The position numbers and the translations under genes are program-made. A stretch of 64,000 nucleotides of DNA. It comes from an uncultured Gemmatimonadaceae bacterium. Its GTDB lineage: Bacteria > Gemmatimonadota > Gemmatimonadetes > Gemmatimonadales > Gemmatimonadaceae. Location of the stretch: assembly GCA_963716745.1 (NCBI GenBank), contig OY970320.1, positions 3,136,001-3,200,000 on the forward strand. Reading direction: 5' to 3'. The notes beneath the pieces are model-generated. The model was not told where the DNA came from, ran no database searches, and saw only the letters and a list, made by a program, of their open reading frames with translations. Shown here one piece after another: positions 52,039 to 63,729 of the stretch; the first letter of the stretch is position 1, and every line of letters begins with the position of its first letter.

Positions 52039-54469
52039 ATGAGGGAGCAATCCGAGCCTGGCCGCTGGGTCACAGCTTTGCAGGATTTCCGGTTCGTTCT
52101 CAGAATGAGCCGCCGTGCACCAGCGTCAGCTATCGCGATCGTGCTCACGATTGCGACTGGAGTCGGCGTAAACACAGTTTTGTTCGACGTGGTCGATCGC
52201 CTCCTCTTGCGCTCTCCACCCGGAATCAGCTCTCCCGAGAGCGTCTTTCATCTCGAGCTTTGCCGGAGACCAGCCTGCCGAGTTCTTCACATCCTACCCC
52301 CGCTTCCTCGACCTGCGAAGCGGTGTGCACGCTTTCACGTCAATTGCAGCCACGGGTAGGATCGATCTGTCGCTCGGGATTGGCGCAGCGTCTCGAATGG
52401 CGCACATCGAGATCGTGACCGCAAGCTATTTCAACGTCTTGAATGCGAAGCCGACCATGGGCGATTCTTCGCCTCGAACGAGGACCGGTTCGGAGGGGAG
52501 CGTGTCACTGATACTGCCTTCGGCGCCTTGCGGGCGAGTCTCGCGCGGGCGACGGAGTGCGTGCAGAGCGCCGTACGAGCATTGGTGTGGCGCCCATGGG
52601 ATTCGCTGGCATTGACATTGAGAAGACGGATGCTTGGATTCCTTTCAGCGTCGGCGCTGCTTACCACAGCGGCAGCGAATGGTATTCCGATGAACGCTCT
52701 GCATGGTATGAGGTGGTCGCCAGAGTTGGGCCTAATCATCCGCGTCCCAAGCTGCCGTCCAAAGCACGATTGTCGAACGCCGCGGGATGGCACATCGTCC
52801 TTGGCTAGGCGCGAAGCCAAGAGTGACTCCGTGCCCATCGCCGGTTCGCGCTTCGCAGACGGATCGACGAGCATTCGTGCCAGGGTCGCGGCTTGGCTGT
52901 TTGGCGTGTCGTTCGCCGTGCTGCTGATTGCTGTCGCGAACGTCGGCAACCTTGTCGTTGCACGAACGATTCGGCGACGAAGAGAGCTCGGAATTCGCGT
53001 AGCCCTTGGCGCGACCCGCGCGCGAATCGCGCAGATATTCCTCATAGAGGGACTCGCGCTAAGCATTACAGGTTGGTTTGTGGCTCTGGCAATCGCATCT
53101 GGCGGCACAATGTTGGTTCGGCGCATGCTTCTGCCCGACGTGGAGTGGGGCAGTGTATTTCTCGGCCATCGCGCGTCATTGTTCGCCGCTGCCGCAGCGG
53201 TGGTGATCGGAATCTCGTCGGACTACTGCCCTAGCCCGCCTGGGGTTGTCCGAGTTTACGTCCCTGCTCGGTGGATCAATACACGAGCGAGCCGTCGAAG
53301 CGACAATCTACGCCGCGGCCTTGTCTTACTTCAGGCGAGTCTCGTGGCTGCGCTACTGGTGGGCGCGGGCCTGTTCTCGCGAAGCCTTCAGCAGATTCGC
53401 ATTCTCGATCTGGGCTTTTCCGTGGATCGCCTTCTGATCGCCACCATACAATCACGATGGGATTCATGTCAAGCAATTAGACCAAGTTCTGCGGCGCACT
53501 CAGGGCATCTTCAGGGCACATCCGGCGTGGATGCAACAAGTCTCTCACTTTACTGCCCCTTTCACGTGGAATATTTCGATGCCCGTCCACCTTCCTGGCG
53601 TGCGGGGCACCGCCGTTATTGGAGGGACGCGCGCAATTGGCAACGGAATCTCCGCGGATTTTTTTGGGGCACTTGGTATCCTGCTCCGTGGAGGTCGCGG
53701 CTTCGCGCGCGGTGACGTGGTAGGAGCGCCGCTTGTCGCAGTTGTGAATGAGAAGATGGCTTCTACTCTGTGGCCCGGTGAGAATGCGATCGGCCGCTGC
53801 GTCCTTTTCAGGGCCGACACAACGTGTTCGACAGTAGTCGGCGTTGTGGCGGACACTCGGCTTCGAGCACTTCACGAAGAACAAGAGGCACAGTTCTACG
53901 TACCGCTCGAGCAACGCGCCGATCTATTCACGGCTACCACTCTCATGGTTCGTACCTCCGGTGAACCGTCTCAAGTCATCGCGATGGTACGGCGTGCCTT
54001 CTTCCAGGTCGATCCGACCCTCGTGGGCGTGGACGTGCGCACAATGCGCCGACAGCTTGAGCCACTGATCCGCCCCTGGCGGCTGTCGGCGACATCTTCG
54101 ACCTACAGGACCACTCGCCATGGCAGTAGCCGCGATTGGATTGTATGGATTGGTCGCTTATGGCGTGACCAACCGCGCCGGAGAGTCTCCGTGCGCGCAG
54201 CGCTGGGCGCTTCACCAGCGAAGCTCGTCCTTCTCGCGTCTCGCGAAGCCGTGCTATTGACGCTCCTAGGAATTCTAATTGGTTTCGGTGTCGCGGTCTC
54301 CGTGGGGGGTGAGGTGGGGCCATTGCTGTTCGACGTGTCGCCGTGGGACCCAGTGGTGTACGCGCAGGTCGCCGCTTGCATGCTCGGTATCGCGGTGCTT
54401 GCGGCAGCGGGTCCCTCTTGGCGCGCCTCGCACACGAATCCGAGTACAGCGTTGCGGGCTGAATCCTAG
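52039..54469 (+). CDS. MacB-like duplicated ABC permease (ADOP type), many frameshifts
   Basis: LQDFRFVLR, TIATGVGVNT, LLIAVANVGNL, ELGIRVALGA, NPSTALRAE. Confidence 0.75.
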
Positions 54470-54814
54470 CCCAAAAGAAACGTCCGCGCTCTCGCCCGGG
54501 CAGCGTAATGAGGGACGTTGGTTCCAATTTGTCGGACCGTCTTCCTCAACGAGTTGAGGTGTAATGGATGAATTCCCGCCGGCTGCGGGTGAGACAAAGA
54601 TACGGGTCTCAACTGTCACAACTCCTGCTGCTACGTGATCACATTCGTGAATTCAACGACTGGCGCCGAGGCGGATTATGCGTTGCCCTAGCGACATCTG
54701 AAACTGGTACTGCCCAGCGCGCTGACTGAGAAGGCGGTCCTAAGCGGGCCGAAATCTGGCAGGATCGTGGCTCGTGGTGCGCCGCAGAGAACCGGGCAGG
54801 GATGGCCAGTCCCC

Positions 54815-54845
54815 CAAGAAAGAGCCCGCACTCGCGCGCGGGCTC
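54815..54845 (-). terminator. Intrinsic terminator of tRNA-Ser(TGA)
   Basis: Minus strand AGCCCGCGCGCGAGTGCGGGCTCTTTCTT. Confidence 0.7.
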
Positions 54846-54856
54846 AGACTTGCTGA

Positions 54857-54945
54857 CGGAGCGGGAGGGATTCGAACCCCCGGAACCCTTGCGGGTCCTC
54901 CAGTTTTCAAGACTGGCGCAATAAACCAGACTCTGCCACCGCTCC
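54857..54945 (-). tRNA. tRNA-Ser (anticodon TGA); TCA in place of encoded CCA
   Basis: GGAGCGG..CCGCTCC-G acceptor; CCAGT-CTTGAAA-ACTGG anticodon arm; long variable arm; GGTTCGAATCC. Confidence 0.95.
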
Positions 54946-55037
54946 TGTGTACCATACGCTATACGCGCCGTCTGTTGCAGTAGACGCTAGACACGCCTCC
55001 AGTACTACTCCCGCTAACGCACTCGTATTGCTCGCCG

Positions 55038-57281
55038 TTACTGATCCTTCCCCCTCGGCACCATCTGGAACAGCCCTTCCAGATCCGTCGCCTTCACCAC
55101 CTGCCTCGCCGTCCCCATCATCTTGAGCGCCGCCGCAGTATCGCCCCGCTGCGCCAGGATCTGCGAGAGGTTCACTGCCGTCGCGGCGTAGATATACGGG
55201 ATCCCCACGCTCGCGCGATCCACCCACAGCCCGCGCTTGACCACGGCCGCCGGTCCCAGGAAATCGTTGTTCCACAGATCGAGCGTCGTCTTGAGATCGA
55301 GCCATCCGTCTTGCGCGCGCAGCGTGTCCGGCGACGCCTTCGGGATGGTGGGCATCAACTTTCGCGCGAGGCCCTGGCCGAGCAAGTACTGCTCGAGCCC
55401 GAGCTGCGTTGGCGTATTCCCCATGGTGCGGCTGAAATACAGCGGACGCGCCGGATAGTCATCCTTGATGATCCGAAGGATCACGATGTTCGCACGCTCC
55501 AGGATCTGCGGCTGCAACCGTGCCTTGATGCTGTCCTTCGTGAACATCTGCGGCTCGCGCAGCTCCAGATACTCGGGCAGCGCGTTCGCCTCGTCCATCG
55601 TCATCTTGATCGGCGAACCGTTCGGCTTGATCCACGTCTTGCCGCGATAGAGCGACGGTCCCTTCGCCGCATCGTAATCGTACACCGGGCGGCGGATCAT
55701 CTGCCGGATGTACCAATCGGTGTTCAACAGCGATGTGCAGAGCACGAGCACATCCTTGCGGATCCCTCCACTTCCTGCGCGTACCAGAGCGGGAAGGTGT
55801 CGTTGTCGCCGGCGGTGATGAGCACGCCGTACGGTTCGACTGAATCCAGCAGATCGTGCGCGAAGTCACGCGTGTCGGTCTGATGTGCGCGCGACGCGGC
55901 CTTGTAATTCAGGAAGAGCGGCACGAACGCGATCGCGAGCACCGGCATCGCGAGCAGCCAACTCTGTCGCACCGGGATCTCCATCGTCTCGCGGCCGATC
56001 TTCACTTGCTCGACGCCGAAGATCTCGGCGATGCCCTTCCCACACCCACACGAGTCCGAGCGCGGCCCACACGCCCCACGCCGCGAAGCTCACCATGAAG
56101 AAATAATCGCGGTCGCGCACTTCGCGTGGGATGCTCTCGCCGAGTTCGGGCGCCTGCGAATTGCCGAACTTGAAATTGAGGTAGAAGATGAGCACCAGCG
56201 TGATCGTGAACATGAACGTCGCGAAGTACCACCAGCTGCGCCGGTCGCGCTTGAAGTGCACCCAGCCGCCGAACATGCCCAGAATGAAGAACACGCCCGC
56301 GAGGGTGCTCTGCCACATCGCGCTGGCCGCCGTGGGGATCGGATCGCGGAACCACTGCCACTTGAAGTAGAACCAGTACATGCCGAGCTGGCCGTACAGA
56401 TGCGCGGCGATGGGCGGCATGGTGAATCCGTTCCACTTGAAATCGAAGCCGAAGAACGGCGCCTGCCGGTCGAGCAGCGGCGGCTTCGCGTACTGCACGC
56501 GATTGAAATTGTCCCAGAAGGCGTTCCACGTGGTGGGCTCGCCCTCGTTGATCGGCGGGAAGTGCGCCGCGCGGATCGGCTGCGTGAGGAAGGGCGACAT
56601 GCCGAGCAGCAGCGCGCCGACGCAGGCGAGCACGAGCTTCCACTGCATGATCTTCGCGGGGCGCCGCGTGAAGACCGCCGCGAGCACCGCCGGCCCCGCG
56701 AGGAACCCCATCATGTGGTTCGCGTAGCCGAGCCCGCCCAGGTACGCGATGAGCACGAGCGTCTTGTCGGCGTTCGGACTGTCGGGATCGTCGCTCCAGC
56801 GCACGGTGAGCCACGAGATGATCGCGAGCCCGAGCGCCGCCACGGTGTACACCTTCTCGTTGACGACGCTCTGGTTCCACACCGTGAACGCCGTTGCGCC
56901 GATCACGGCCGCGAGCACGCCGCCGGTGATCCGCTCCCATCGCTCGGGCAGCCAATTCACCAGCACACGCTCGGCGATCAGGAACCACATCATGGCGCTG
57001 AGCGCGCTGCAAATGGCGGCGAGGAGATTCACCTTCACCGCGACGCTGAGGCCGCCGAGCGGCAGGATCGCGAAGGTGCGTCCGAGCAGAACGAAGAGTG
57101 GATTGCCGGGCGGGTGGGGAAGGCCGAAGACGTACGCCGCCGAGATGTACTCACTCGTATCCCACATCGCCGTGCTCGGCGCGAGGGTCAGACAGTAGAG
57201 TATGAAAACGGCCAGCGCAGTGAGTGCGGCGGCCAGATAACTGGGGCGGTAGTCGAGCTCCGCGGAATTTTCGGGGGGCAT
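55038..57281 (-). CDS. DUF2723 (TMEM260-like, GT-C fold) membrane protein; frameshifts near 56030 and 55765
   Basis: WDTSEY..LPHPPGNPLF; EKVY; REVRDRDYFF; GDNDTFPLWYAQEVEG. Confidence 0.82.
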
Positions 57282-57340
57282 TCCCTAAAGATGACTCGCC
57301 GCTCGCGTTCGGTCTAGCTCCAGCTACCTGGCTGCGGATT

Positions 57341-57480
57341 TGGTACCGCGACGGGCGGGGTTAGTACCGCTGAGGGCGTGCGTGGCGTTGGCGTTGGGAT
57401 GCGCGCGCGTCGCAGTCAACTGTATCCAACGCCAACGCTAACGCGCCGTCTGCGGTACCACCACGCCGTTCGCGGTACCA
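57341..57480. repeat. Long imperfect palindromic intergenic element
   Basis: TGGTACCGCGA...TCGCGGTACCA ends; inner GCGTTGGCGTTGG/CCAACGCCAACGC. Confidence 0.7.
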
Positions 57481-57498
57481 TCGACGCGGTTCATGCTC

Positions 57499-59033
57499 CT
57501 AGTGGCGGAAGAGCCGCGTTCCCGTGAATACCATTGCGATCCCCTTCTCATTCGCTGCGCCAATGACTTCATCATCCCGCACGGAGCCTCCCGGCTGCAC
57601 GATGGCCGTGATCCCCGGCTTCCGCCGCGGCGTCCACTCCATCGCGGAATGGGAAGAACGCATCCGAGCCCAGCACCGCGCCCGCCGTCGCGTGTCCCGC
57701 GTTGCGTGCTTTGTGCACCGCCAGGAAACTCGCGTCCACCCGCGACATTTGCCCCGCGCCGATGCCGATGGTCGCGCCGTCGCGCGTGAGCACGATCGCA
57801 TTCGATTTCACACTCGCAACGGCGCGCCAGGCGAATAGGAGATCGGTGCGCTCCGCTTCCGACGGTGCGCGGCGCGTCACGACTTGCCAGGTGTCGGCGT
57901 TGGTCTCGGTCGACGGCCGCTCCTGCACGAGCACGCCGGCGCGCACGCGTTTGAAATCGAGTGCGGGCTCGCCCCATTTCGCTTTGCCCTCGAGCACGCG
58001 CAGGTTCTTCTTGCGGCCGAGGATCTCGATGGCGGCGTCGCTGAACTTGGGCGCGACCACGCACTCCACGAAGAGCGCGGCCACTGCGTCAGCGGCCGCT
58101 TCGTCCACCGGAACGGTGAACGAGATCACGCTGCCGAACGCGCTCTGCGGGTCGCAGGCGAGCGCCTTCTGGTACGCCTCGAGCGCGCTCTCGCCCGTGG
58201 CGAGTCCGCACGGCGTGGTGTGCTTGATGATCGCGCAGCACGGCTCGTCGCCGAACATGTCACTCGCGAGCAGTGCGCCTTCGAGATCCAGCAGATTGTT
58301 GAAGCTCAACTCCTTGCCGCCCTTCTGCACGAGACCCGCGAGGCCGGCGCCTTTCCGCTCCGTGTAGAACGCGGCCTTCTGGTGCGGATTCTCTCCATAC
58401 CGAAGCCCCTGTGCGCGCTCGAAGCTCAACACCACGCGCTCGGGAAACAGTTCGCCGCGCGTGCGCGCGAACCATGCTGCGATCGCGCCGTCGTAGGACC
58501 CCGTGTGCGCGTACGCCTTCTCCGCGAGCATCCGGCGCAGCTCGAGATCATCATCCTTGGCCGCGACGGTCGCGAGTACGCGCGTATAGTCCGCCGGATC
58601 CACTACCACGTACACGCTCGCGAAGTTCTTCGCGGCCGACCGCAGCATGCTCGGCCCGCCGATGTCGATATTCTCGATCACCTCGTGCTCGGCCACACCC
58701 GGCTTGGCCGCCGTCTCGCGGAACGGATACAGATTCACCACCACGAGATCGATCGGCGTGATCTTGTGCTCGGCGAGGGCTTTCATGTGCTCCGGCACGT
58801 CGCGCCGCGCAAGCAAGCCGCCATGCACCGCGGGATGCAGTGTCTTCACGCGGCCGTCGAGCATCTCGGGGAATCCGGTGACCTCGCTGACGTCGCGCAC
58901 GGCGAGATTCGGCCTCGCGCAACACGCGCGCGGTGCCGCCGGTGGAGATGAGTTCCCAGCCCAGGCCGGTGAGCGCCCGCGCGAAGTCGACGAGTCCGGT
59001 CTTGTCGGAAACGGAGAGCAGGGCGCGGGGCAT
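57499..59033 (-). CDS. purH: AICAR transformylase/IMP cyclohydrolase (frameshifts near 58915 and 57625)
   Basis: [59 protein letters not shown]. Confidence 0.95.
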
Positions 59034-59040
59034 GGAAGTC

Positions 59041-61144
59041 CTAAGGTGTGGTGGCGAGCGTCTGGACGACGCGTCCGAGCGCGAGGATGTCGGCGAGATC
59101 GACCACTTCGGCAGGCGAGTGCGCATAGCGAAGCGGCCACGCCACGGGAACATCGACCGTTCCAAAGCGAACGTACTCACTCCCGTCATTCCCGCCGTTG
59201 GTGGTCCCATACTGGAAGGGGATGTTCGCCGCTCTCACGATCTTCATGAGGCGCGCGAGTTCATCCGGCGGCGTGACGCTCGAATTGTCGAGCGCGCGCG
59301 CCACCGCGCCGGCGCCCAGTGGGGCGTACGCGAAACGCTGGTTCTCGAGGGGAGAATCGCTGCTCACGAACGTATCCACGGCGTACACACGCTTCACACC
59401 CCGCGGATGATCGTTGGCGAACGCGCGCGCGCCCTCGAGACCTACTTCTTCGCGCGTGCTGAACACCCAGTACGTCTTCCGTGTGAGCGTCGAGGGCTCG
59501 AATGTGCCGCAGCGCGAGAATGAAACTCGTGCAGCCCGCGCGATCGTCGATGCTGCGCGCCGTGAAGCGCGACGAGGCGAGACGCGTCGCGGCCTTCACG
59601 CCGGTGATCGTCGTGCCCACGGTCACTCCCTTTGCCATGAGCGCGGCGGAATCCATGCCGAACCACGCCTGCATGGACGGCGGCTGCTTGGTCGTGCCCG
59701 TCTTGCGCGGCAGGAACACGCCGTTCATCGGCGCACCCTTCGCCACGTGCATGATCGCGGGCTGTCCTTCCCAGAGCGAGCGGAAGAATCCGCCGCGGTT
59801 CGCGAGCGTGATCGTGCCGTCATGGTCGATCTTCTGCACCGTGAAGCCGATCTCGTCCATGTGCGCGATGAACACCACGGTGTCTCTCTCGGGGCCGGCG
59901 GCCACGATCAAGTTGCCCGCGCTGTCCACGGTCGCGACATCCTGCGCCCACTTCGGGAGCAGCTTCTTCACGGCGTCGCGCATCAGCCCTTCGTTGCCCG
60001 ACACCGAGTACACGTTCGTGAACGTCGCGAGCACATCCGCCGCCTCGGTGAGCGAGTCCTTTCGGATCGCATCGTTGGGCATGCGCGGCGTGAGCGCGAG
60101 GATCGACGCCGGCGCGTTCACGCCCGCGGCCTTCGCGACCGCGGCCGCGTACGCCATCACGTCCTGATCGCGCACCGTTTCCGCGAGCGAGTTCGGGTTC
60201 ATCGGCCGCATCGCGATCACGGTCACGACGCCCTTCGATCCGGCCGCGCCCGTGTACGTCGCCCCATAGGGCGGCGGCGCCATGCGCATGACGAACGGTG
60301 ACGTGCTGTCGCCCATGTAGGCCTTCGCCGTATCCGCGCGACCCACGCTCGGCGCCGCGATGAAGACCGAATCGACGTTGCCGAGCTGGAATGTGACCGC
60401 GCCGAGTCCGGCCCACGCGAATCCGCCTTGCACCGTGAGCGCGAATATCGTTTCGCCGGTCTTCGGCGCGGCGCCCATCGCGAGCGTCGCCACCGCCGCG
60501 CATCCCGCGCGCGCCGCGGCGAACGGGCCCGACGTGTATCCATTGAAGGTCATCTTCGGCCAATCGCGCACCACGCCATCGAGCAACCCGATCCCCATCT
60601 GCGCGACCTCGGCGCGGTTCTTCGCGCCGACATCCACCCACAATTCCTCCACCGTGGCCGGAGCGTCCGACGGCAACCGGCCGCGCCAGAGGTGCGTGCT
60701 GCGCACCGCCGTCACCGCGGGGAGCCAGCCGCCGTTGGTCACAATGCGTACGCGCTGTCCTTCGAAATATTGGTCCCACATGATGCCGCGCGGGCCCCAG
60801 TTGCCCGCTTCGTGCAGGCGCAGATAGCCGTCATCGGTGATCTCGCTCACCGCGAACGTCGGCGTGTCCATCGCGCAGGCGACCACACGGCGCGGACGGC
60901 CCTTGCCCTTGCGCATGATGAGATTGCCGAGGCCATCGCGCGTCCACCCTTGCTGCGTCTGCTGTACGATCTGCATCGCGGTCGCTTCGCGGCCGGTGGG
61001 TGCGTCGAGGCCGATCCAGCTGGCGAGGGCGTCGCCGGCGCCCTGCGCATTCGCGCGTGCCGTGGCGATGGTGAATAGGGCGGCGAGCGCCGCCACGAAT
61101 GCGCTACGGAACGAGCGCGGAATCGATCTCATTGGCGAGCTCAT
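59041..61144 (-). CDS. Exported M42-family peptidase with two tandem M42 domains (frameshift near 59490)
   Basis: Signal peptide; GNL..ACAMD then [31 protein letters not shown]. Confidence 0.8.
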
Positions 61145-61808
61145 CGTCCTCCTGCGGTTGTATCGCGAATGCCGCGCGGCTCACCGCGTGGCGCAACGTG
61201 CCGGTGACTTTCCCGTCGGGACCGAGCCCGATCTGCTTGCGTCCCACCGCCGCGACCACGCGCGGCAGCAGCAGATGTTCTACGCGCAGCACACGCGCGG
61301 CGAGCGTGTCCACAGTGTCATCGCCGAACACCGGCACGGGCCACTGCGCGATGATCGGCCCGCGATCGTAGTGCTCGTCCACGAAATGTATGGTGACACC
61401 GGTGACGCGCGCGCCCGATGCGAGCACCGCCTCGTGGATCTTCTTGCCATACATCCCCTTGCCGCCGAACGCGGGCAGCAGCGACGGATGCACGTTGATC
61501 ATCGCGCCCTTGTACGCCTTCACGACGCCGCTGGGCACGAGCTTCAGGAATCCGGCGAGCACGACGAGATCGATCTCGGCCTGTTGCAGCTGCATCGCGA
61601 GACCCACGCTCTCACCGGTGCCCTCGTCCATCGTGACCGCATGGATCTTGTGCTCTTGCGCCCACGTGAGCGCGCCGGCGTCGGGACGGTCGGCGAGCAC
61701 GAGCATGACACGAACGCCGCGGGAGCGGCTGTCGTGCGAGAGATATTCGTGCAATGCGCGGAGATTGGACCCGCGCCCGGATGCCAGCACCGCGACTCGG
61801 GTCGCCAT
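61104..61808 (-). CDS. purN: Phosphoribosylglycinamide formyltransferase
   Basis: VLASGRGSNL, LAGF, INVHPSLLP, GVTIHFVD..YDRGPII. Confidence 0.95.
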   Translation of the reverse strand: MATRVAVLASGRGSNLRALHEYLSHDSRSRGVRVMLVLADRPDAGALTWAQEHKIHAVTMDEGTGESVGLAMQLQQAEIDLVVLAGFLKLVPSGVVKAYKGAMINVHPSLLPAFGGKGMYGKKIHEAVLASGARVTGVTIHFVDEHYDRGPIIAQWPVPVFGDDTVDTLAARVLRVEHLLLPRVVAAVGRKQIGLGPDGKVTGTLRHAVSRAAFAIQPQEDDELANEIDSALVP

Positions 61809-61819
61809 GGGGCGTGATG

Positions 61820-62374
61820 TTAGCGGGTGGCGCGCAGGCTGTCGAGTGCGCGCGTGACCGCCGCGTCGAGCGTCGTCGCGACGAAGAATCGTTCGCCCGC
61901 GGTGACGACATCGGCGCTCGGCGTCTGCAGCCGCGGCACGAGGATGCCGTGCGCGCCGAACGCGGCCGCGGGCTCGATGTCGCGCAGCCGGTCGCCGATG
62001 AACCATGAGCGCGCGAGATCGAGATCGTGATCCTTTGCCGCCTGGCGGAAGAGCAGGGTGCCGGGCTTGCGGCACTCGCATTCCGTTTCGGGCGCATGCG
62101 GGCAATGATACGTGGCGTCAATGTGCCCGCCGCGCGGCAAGAGCAGCTCGAGGACGCGTTTGTTCACGTTCTCGTAGTCGGCCTCGGTGTAGCGTCCGCG
62201 TCCGATCCCGCTCTGGTTCGTGACGACGATGAGCGGCACGCCCGCTTCATTGATGCGCGCGATCGGGATCGACACGCCCTCGAGCAGGGACACGTCCTCG
62301 CGCCGCGAGATGTAGCCGGTATCCGTGATGATCGTGCCGTCACGGTCGAGGAAGATGGCGGGCTGCGGGCTCAT
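61820..62374 (-). CDS. gmhB: D-glycero-D-manno-heptose 1,7-bisphosphate phosphatase (HAD IIIA)
   Basis: FLDRDGT, TNQSGIGRG, CPH..CECRKPG, IGD. Confidence 0.8.
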   Translation of the reverse strand: MSPQPAIFLDRDGTIITDTGYISRREDVSLLEGVSIPIARINEAGVPLIVVTNQSGIGRGRYTEADYENVNKRVLELLLPRGGHIDATYHCPHAPETECECRKPGTLLFRQAAKDHDLDLARSWFIGDRLRDIEPAAAFGAHGILVPRLQTPSADVVTAGERFFVATTLDAAVTRALDSLRATR

Positions 62375-63729
62375 GCGAGGGCGCGGGCGAGCGCGTCGGC
62401 GAGGAGGGCGTCGTCGCCCGGTGGCACCGAGCGACAGTCGAGCAGGAGCTGACCATCCATGATACGGCCGATCACCGGCACGTGTTGGGCGCGCAGCCGC
62501 GCCTCGAGCGCGTCGGCGTCGCCGCGGATCGCGATCGCGGCGCTCGGGATCCGCGCCGCGGGAAACGCGCCGCCACCCACACTGGCTTCGCTCTCGATCA
62601 CGGTCGCTTGCTTGCCCAGCTTCGCGGCAATCGCCTGCGCGCGAGGGCGGATCTCTTCCACCGCCGTGGTGAGCATCGCGAGCGCGGGGATCTCCCGCCG
62701 TGCGCGCTCAGGCTCGCGATACAACCGCAGCGTCGACTCGAGTGCGGCGAGCGTGAGCTTGTCCACACGCAAGGCGCGCGTGAGCGGGTTGGATCTAAGG
62801 CGCGACACCATTGCCGCGCGGCCGAGGATGATCCCCGCCTGCGGGCCGCCGAGCAGTTTGTCGCCGCTCATCGTGATGACATCGGCACCAGCGCGCACGG
62901 CTTCGAACGCGATCGGCTCGCCGGTGAGTCCCCACGGCGACAGGTCGATGAAGAGCCCGCTGCCCAGGTCGTGGATGAGCGCGGCGCCTCGCGACTGCGC
63001 GAGCGGCGCGAGCTGCCTGACGTCTACCTCCGCTGTGAATCCCTCCATGGAGAAATTCGAACGGTGCACCTTCACGATCGCGCCGGCGTGCGCGCCGAGT
63101 CCGCGCGAATAATCCTCGAGATGGGTGCGGTTCGTCGTGCCCACTTCCACGAGGCGCGCGCCGCTGCGCGCCATGATGTCGGGAATGCGGAAGCTGCCGC
63201 CGATCTCCACCAGTTCCCCGCGGCTCACGATCGCGTCGCGCCCGTCCGCGAGGGTATTGAGCGCCAGCAACAGCGCCGCGGCGCCGTTGTTCACCACGAG
63301 GGCGTCCTCGGCGCCCGTGAGTTCGCGCAGCAGCGACACACAGTGCGAGTAACGGCTGCCGCGCTCGCCACGCGCGAGATCGTATTCGAGGTTCGCGTAG
63401 CCGGCGGCGGCCTGCGCAACCGCTTCGATCGCGGCAGGCGCGAGCGGCGCGCGGCCGAGGTTCGTGTGGAGGATCACGCCAGTGGCGTTGATCACGCGGC
63501 GAAGGGAAGGGCGTTCGCGCGCGGCGAGCGCGTCGCGCACGGCGGCCGACCACGCGGCGTCGGTGGCGGGGGCGTTCGCGACCGAGGCGCGCGCGGCGTC
63601 GATGGCATCGCGCACGGCTGCGGTGACGACTTCCCGTGGCGAGTTCGCGAGCAGCGTCTGCACGCCGTCGCTCTCGAGCAGCGTGCTCACGCTCGGCAAT
63701 CCGCGCCGCTCGTCGCCGTCGCGCTTCAT
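62371..63729 (-). CDS. selA: L-seryl-tRNA(Sec) selenium transferase
   Basis: VINATGVILHTNLGRAPL, SRGELVEIGGSFRIP, EVGTTNRT, SGDKLLGGPQAG. Confidence 0.95.
   Translation of the reverse strand: MKRDGDERRGLPSVSTLLESDGVQTLLANSPREVVTAAVRDAIDAARASVANAPATDAAWSAAVRDALAARERPSLRRVINATGVILHTNLGRAPLAPAAIEAVAQAAAGYANLEYDLARGERGSRYSHCVSLLRELTGAEDALVVNNGAAALLLALNTLADGRDAIVSRGELVEIGGSFRIPDIMARSGARLVEVGTTNRTHLEDYSRGLGAHAGAIVKVHRSNFSMEGFTAEVDVRQLAPLAQSRGAALIHDLGSGLFIDLSPWGLTGEPIAFEAVRAGADVITMSGDKLLGGPQAGIILGRAAMVSRLRSNPLTRALRVDKLTLAALESTLRLYREPERARREIPALAMLTTAVEEIRPRAQAIAAKLGKQATVIESEASVGGGAFPAARIPSAAIAIRGDADALEARLRAQHVPVIGRIMDGQLLLDCRSVPPGDDALLADALARALA

Noticed and set aside
54857..54945. tRNA-Sec, given selA nearby and TTCA on the plus strand
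   Set aside because: The gene is on the minus strand with anticodon TGA and a 7-bp acceptor stem, so it is tRNA-Ser
57499..59033. purH pseudogene or programmed frameshift
   Set aside because: All motifs are preserved, neighbours show similar scattered indels, and no slippery site is evident
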